Below are positions 58,298 through 64,000 of a DNA stretch of 64,000 nt, one piece after another; within the stretch, counting starts at the first letter, position 1; the number at the start of each line of letters is the position of its first letter. Both the position numbers and the translations under genes were made by a program. The notes under the pieces are model-generated. The model was not told the DNA's origin and ran no database searches. It saw only the letters and a list, made by a program, of their open reading frames with translations. The DNA is from Octopus bimaculoides (taxonomy: Eukaryota), in NCBI RefSeq assembly GCF_001194135.2, contig NC_068981.1, positions 120,967,607 through 121,031,606 of the forward strand, given 5' to 3'.

Positions 58298-60150
58298 GGT
58301 TTCTGAGTTCAAATTCCACTGAGGTCAACTTTGCTGATCATCCTTTCAGAGTTGATAAATTAAGTACCAGTTGAATGCTGGGGTCGATGTAATCGACTTG
58401 TCCCTTCTCCCCAGTTGCTACCCTTGTGACAACATTTGAAACCATTATTATTATTGTTGTTGTTGTTGTTGTTATTTGAGTGTTGAACAGAATGCCTTGC
58501 AGTATTTGTTCTGGCTGTTTATGTCCAGAGTTCAGATCCCACTGAGGTCAGCTTTGCTTTCATGCCTTTGAAAGTTCATAAAATTAAGTACCAGCCAGGT
58601 ACAAGGGTTGATGGTATTGACTACCTTATCCTTATCCTTTCAAAATTGCTAGCCTTGTGCCTAAATCAGAAATCCTTGTTATTGTTATCTTGATGACTTT
58701 GCCTTTCATCCTTCAGGGGTTGATGGAATTGATTAGCCTCTTCTGCCAAAATTTCAGGCCTTGTGTCTATAGTAGAAAGTATTGTTGTTGTTATTATTAT
58801 TGTTGTTATTATTATTATTGAGTGAGAGAGCAGTGCATCCCATCAAGGTGACACTGAGGTGTAAATATACAAAGCACAATATGCTCATTATGACAACTTG
58901 TCTAATAAGAATACACCAGGCACATGCATCACAACCATATGTGCATGACATGGTGATTTCATCTCAAGATATACAACACATGACCTTGTAGATAGGGACC
59001 CAGTTAGAATTTTCTTTGGGTCGAGTGGCTCATCCTGATCATAAGATTCCTGAAAAGAGTTGTTTAAGGATGTTGAATGAAACATTCATGATTCCAGAGG
59101 TGAATTATTCAAACCCCAAAGAATTCCTCCCAGCACATGGCTATGATGTTCCCCTACTACTTCTGCTCATGATTATAGATGCACATATTGTCAGCCACCA
59201 ACGGACATGCTCAAGTGGTTATGGTGAAGCAACTGACTAGAAAATCTGTGATATTAGCAGAATATTTGCTGTAGCCCATCTTTTATACCAACACAAAATA
59301 CGTACATGATAACACTTCCAATTAGTTAAGATCAGAAGCCGAGGTTTAACTTAACTTTGTTTACATACTTTTGCAATTGATGAAATAAAGTTCTGGTCAA
59401 GTTGTGAGTTTAATGTAATCAACTGATTCCTACCCCAACACTGCTAACTTTTGTGCATAAATTAGTAACATCATATGTATGAGGATGGTGACTGGCAGGA
59501 TCATTTGAATGTTGACTAAAATTCTTAGCAGCATCTGTTGTTTCTTACATCCTGAGATCAAATTGTATTCTCAGCTTTGCTATGTATCCTTTTGGGGTTG
59601 ATATAATAAAGTATCAATCAGTTAAATATTGTGGTCAATGTAATTAACAAATCACCTTCTCCAAAAATGCTGATCTTGTGCCTGAATTGGTAAAAAAGAA
59701 AATAAATTATTATTATTATTCTAAGGTGGCAAGCTGGCAGAATTGTTAGCATGCTGGGAAAAATGCTTAGCAGCATTCTGTCCATCTTACAGACGTTTTG
59801 AGTTCAAATCCTGCCAAGATTGACTTCGCCTTTCATCCTTTTGGGGTCAATAAAATAAGTACCAGTTGAGTACTGGGGGCGATGAAAACAACCAGCCCAT
59901 TCTCCAAATTCTCAGGCCTTGTGCCTATAGTAGAAAGGATTATTATTTAGGCATTGTGCTGGCAGAATCATTAGCATGCTTGAGAAAATGCCTAGCGGCA
60001 TTTCTTCTGGCTTTATGTTCTGAGTTCAAATTCCAGCACGGTTGAGTTTGCCTTTAATCCTTCCAGGCTCGACAGAATATGTACCAGTCATGCACTGGGG
60101 TTGATGTTATTGACTCACACCTCCCCCAAAATTTGCGACTGGTACCTATA
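55970..60150 (+). repeat. Head-to-tail array of about 13 family B SINE copies
   Basis: Core motif at about 55988, 56330, 57202, 57463, 57745, 57982, 58104, 58300, 58525, 58695, 59560, 59797 and 60019, all on +, separated by (ATT)n/(GTT)n. Confidence 0.8.
56475..56733. repeat. Perfect 259-bp palindrome (129-bp arms, 1-nt spacer at 56604)
   Basis: Arms match as reverse complements at the ends, centre and internal positions checked; no mismatch seen. Confidence 0.93.
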
Positions 60151-62299
60151 GTAGAAAGGATTATTACTATTGTTGTTGCTGATGTGGTGATTGTTGTTGT
60201 CATCGCCATCATAATTATTTTTCTCTTTGTTTCCCCTCATTGTTGGGAGCCTGTTGAAATGTTTCTTTCTACCCAAATTAACAGTGATAATTTTAAGGGT
60301 TTAAGTGAAAATGTTTGAGAAGAGTTGACTCTGATCTAAGTAGACTTTGATCTCTTTAATGTATCTGGGACTCAGTTTCAAATATGAAACTTGCCCGCTA
60401 ATTGCCTACTGTGACTGATGTATGCAGTATATTTATTTCATCATAAACTTGTCATATGTATTTGCTTAAAATTGCAGAAGACTATAAACAGCAGTACTGT
60501 ATCATAAGTGGCCTGAAACTTCTCTTTAATTTAAACCACTGGGTTTTATTCATTCATTTATTTATTGTTTCGTTTTCTTTACTGCTTTACAACCATTTCC
60601 TTCATGCTTGCATGAGTTTATTTGCCTGTTAGAAGAAATGTTTTGCTTTTTTTCTTTTTTTTTTTTTTTACTTCCATCTGGTTCTTTTCCTGCCATTAAC
60701 CTCTCAACTATGAGGCATAAGAGAAACTTGTGTTTCATTTTTTATTTATCTCCAGTCTCAGGCAAATGGGAATTAGCAGAATTATGTGCCTTCCTCTGGG
60801 GTACAACATATATAACAAATCAAGTAATAAGCTCATATAGCAAGTAATCCAATGCATTAACTTCATAGCCATTTATGCAGTTTTGTTATTAACATAACTG
60901 TAGTTGTTGCTTCTCTAATACTTGCAGCTTATCAAGTTACTGGGATATTATTTTGCCTGAAAAACAGTTGATTATTTGTAACTTCTAAGTGGCCCAAGGA
61001 ATGATTTGGTAATTCAGTTCATTTATCTGTAAATATATACCATGAGATGTTTAATGTCACTGTAATAAAGTGACAGAAGTATGGTATAATCGACAAATAT
61101 TTTGTTAATAAAATCCATGAGTTTGTAAGTGTAGCTTAAATAAATTTGGTTGTCATCTGGAGACAGATGGACAAATACTTTGTTAGCTTGCGGTGCTGAG
61201 TTTTCCTCTTCCAGATCCTAAAAAAGTGACAGCAGAAATTCACGTCACTGTATCTTATTTCAAGAAAATCTTGTGGCTGCTATTTCCCCTGGGTGCCCAA
61301 AAATTGGGGATCAATTTTCTTGAAAGTATCATGCCTTTGCTGTCTGTTATATATTTCTGTATCCTTTTGTTTTTTTGTGTGTTTTCTCACACTTACAAAT
61401 ATCTATGCCAGGTAGATAATTGAATTATATATTTACTTTTTCATTCAAATGAAGAAAATTGCATTACTCTTTATTTCCTACTTTTACTTCATATTTCACA
61501 CTTTCCATTCAAAATTTCCTTGTCTTATATTGTTTAATTCCTCTCATTATGTAATAATGATGATTTTTCTCACTTTTTGAGTTTTTTTCTCTTTTCTTTT
61601 TCTTTATATTACACATGCCAGGGATAATGACAAAATGAAAAGAAAAAAAAAGCATGAATTAAATTAAAAACTGTTCAGCATAAAAATAAGAAAAAGAAAA
61701 ACCCAATAAAGTTGAAATCTAAAACATGATGATTATATCAGTTTTATTGCTTATATTATCTCCTCCTCCTCCACCATTACCAGCACCTCCTCCTCCTCCT
61801 CCTACTACTACTACTACTACTACTACTAATAATAATAATGATAATTTGGGCACAAGGCCAGCAATTTTGAAGTGAATGGGACAAGTCAATTACTTTGGCT
61901 CCAATGCTTGGCTGGTGTTACTTATTCTATTGAGCCTGAAATGATGAAAGGCAAAGTCAACCTTTGTGGAATTTGCTCTCAGAATTGAAAGAAATGTTAG
62001 TACCCAGTTTGTTTGACATGCTAACAATTCTGCCAGCTCACCTAATTTAGGTGAAAGGTCAGCAAATCAAATTTTGATGGGGGAAAAGGGTTTGTTGATA
62101 CTATTGCCCCTAGTGCTTGACTGGTACTTTATTTTTTTTATTTACTTTGAAAGAATTAAATGAAAAGTTGACCTTGGAGGGAGTTTGGATTTGAACTCAG
62201 ATGGTAAAGAACCTGAACAAATGCCACAAGACATTTATTCCAACATCCTAACAATTTTGCCCATCTACTGCCTTCAGTGATAATACTAATGATGATGTA

Positions 62300-62480
62300 C
62301 TGGTGCCATGTAAAAAGCATTCAGTCCACTCTGTAAAGTGGTTGGTGTTAGGAAGGACATCCAATCATAAAAGACATGCCAGAAAAGACAGTAAAGCTTG
62401 GTACAGTCTTCTGCTTAACCAGCTCCTTTCAAACCATTCAGCCCATGCCAGCATGGAAGGCAGGTGTTAAACGATGATGA
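62300..62480 (+). mobile_element. Free RTE-type 3' tail element (family E)
   Basis: gccatgtaaaaagc...ctgtaaagtggttgg...ggacatcc...ccatgccagcatggaagg...ttaaacgatgatgat. Copies at 9675-9810+, 13745-13870-, 25960-26060+ and 56820-56990-. Confidence 0.65.
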
Positions 62481-62689
62481 TCATTATAAATAATGACAAC
62501 AACAACAGCAATTATACTTTTATTTTATTTGCCACGTGTGCCAGTTCATTCAAACAATAAAGTATATTGAAAGATATTACAAAATATGTGAGGATGAGAA
62601 AAAGACAAAGTCACATTAAAATGGGGTGAGGTGGGAGCTACACTATAGTAAGATATTAAATTTAATTAAAAAAACAAAACAAAATAATG

Positions 62690-63800
62690 AAACTAATATA
62701 TAAAAATACATATATAATTCAAAGAGATATAATTTAAGAAAAAAAACACCACTTCTTGTGTCAGATCTAGGTTTCTCACAATTCTAACCATTACTTCCCT
62801 CTTGCGCCTCTTTTGGGCACTTTTTGCTCCAGAAGTACTTGTGAGTAATTCAGATATAGGAGCAGGCATGAAAGCGCCCACATCTTTATTGGTTACAATT
62901 CTTTATAGCATGCAAATGTAGTTTATATAATTGGCTTATCTTCTGCATGTTTCATATAACTGGAGCTTGTCTCATCACAAATTTGTTCTGTCTTTTTCCT
63001 TGAAGGTTATATTTAATATCAGTTCTTTATTTGCTGTACGGAGAACTGTAATAATCATGAGATTACCTTGGTGCACTCATTGCCTGTCTGTACTTTACCA
63101 CAAAAATGGTGACAAGCCCAAAATCAACCTCATTGTTAATATCCTTGTTCCGTGATCATCATATTCATTAACTCATATATTGTGACACTTATGAATAGGG
63201 AAGTATATGACATATCAGCATGCTTCCTTGCCTCATCCTCAGTTTAAAAAAAAACTAGGAGACATCACTCCACAAATCAACTGTAGCTACCTCTAATTGT
63301 TCTCGTGAAAGTATAATGCAAACTGTTTCACTCTTGTCAATGCGGAGGTAGGTGACTTCTCTCTCCTATTTCTCTTGGACAAAAGTTTTTGGAAATTCTT
63401 TCTCATTCAAGTGGTTCATGTTTTCTATCATTGTGTTATTGGCAGCATTAGCAATAGAAAAATGGATGTTGTATTCTCTGTTTTCTGGTGTTTCCCTGTG
63501 TGCATTGTTTCTGTTGCTTGACATATTGGACATGTTGAGTTAATATCGTTATCAGTAAAAAAGTTGTTTGTTTTCTCTGTGTTGGATGTTTCCATCATGT
63601 TTTGTAAATCAATGTCCATTTTTTTTTTTACTTGTTTTCTGTTCCATTTAATCAACTTCTTTTGGGGTGGGCATTGTTTTTCTGGCAGGAAGCCATCTTT
63701 GAGTGAATCTAAATATAAGATAATGTTCAAAATGTCCAAAAATGATAAACCCTGCTTCATGTTTTGGCATCACAGAACATTTCCAAGAAGGGTTTGCTGA
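62690..63800 (-). mobile_element. Possible decayed non-LTR retrotransposon (CxxC knuckle and RLE-like tail)
   Basis: STCPICQATETMH; VGAFMPAPISELL...; broken by stops and frameshifts. Confidence 0.3.
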
Positions 63801-64000
63801 AGAAAATGTTTAAAAATGATTTTTTTTTTTGTTACATTTGGTAAACATCCAAATTCTGCAGAGTGAGGAGATGAACATCAGTCACAGCAAACAACAACAA
63901 CAACAACAATAATAATCCTTTCTACTAAAGGCACAAGGCTTAATAATAATAGTATTTTTTTTTTACTATTGCCACGAGGGTGATGGATGAGGTTACATTA

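Noticed and set aside
55970-60150. CRISPR-like repeat-spacer array
   Set aside because: Eukaryotic context; units are 150-250-bp diverged SINEs, with no constant short repeat and no cas genes
63428-63760. Independent minus-strand gene with a CxxC motif
   Set aside because: Neighbouring frames are broken by stops, and no consistent exon structure was found; better explained as a retroelement relic

Overview
AT-rich, microsatellite- and gap-riddled eukaryotic DNA. The SINE families, simple-repeat load and intron sizes point to a coleoid cephalopod, most likely Octopus (inference from recall; no search was run). There is one clear host gene: the 3' part of a + strand leucine-rich-repeat (RNI/AMN1-like, LxxLxLxxTxIxDxG) protein, reconstructed by hand from 8 GT-AG exons (2265-47802, 840 nt, 279 aa plus stop, all junction phases consistent). 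Its 5' end lies upstream of the window. Introns and the downstream region are filled with decayed transposons: RTE, CR1/L2-like, Tx1-like and RLE-type LINE relics, three mariner relics, Helitron relics, piggyBac-type and other MITEs, at least three SINE families, a (TAA)n-associated dispersed repeat and several Penelope-like elements (PLEs). The most notable items, none shown by the ORF track, are: (i) two essentially complete type I hammerhead ribozymes at PLE 3' ends inside introns (31009-31109 on +, sense to the host gene; 40904-40965 on -), plus several decayed copies; (ii) a perfect 259-bp palindrome (56475-56733) with a hammerhead-like core in each arm; (iii) an inverted Helitron-end/(TAA)n/retroposon composite bracketing exon 3; (iv) a repeat family whose 5'-truncated copies sit inside (TAA)n, suggesting microsatellite-targeted retroposition. 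All structures were read by eye, and identity figures are by-eye estimates.
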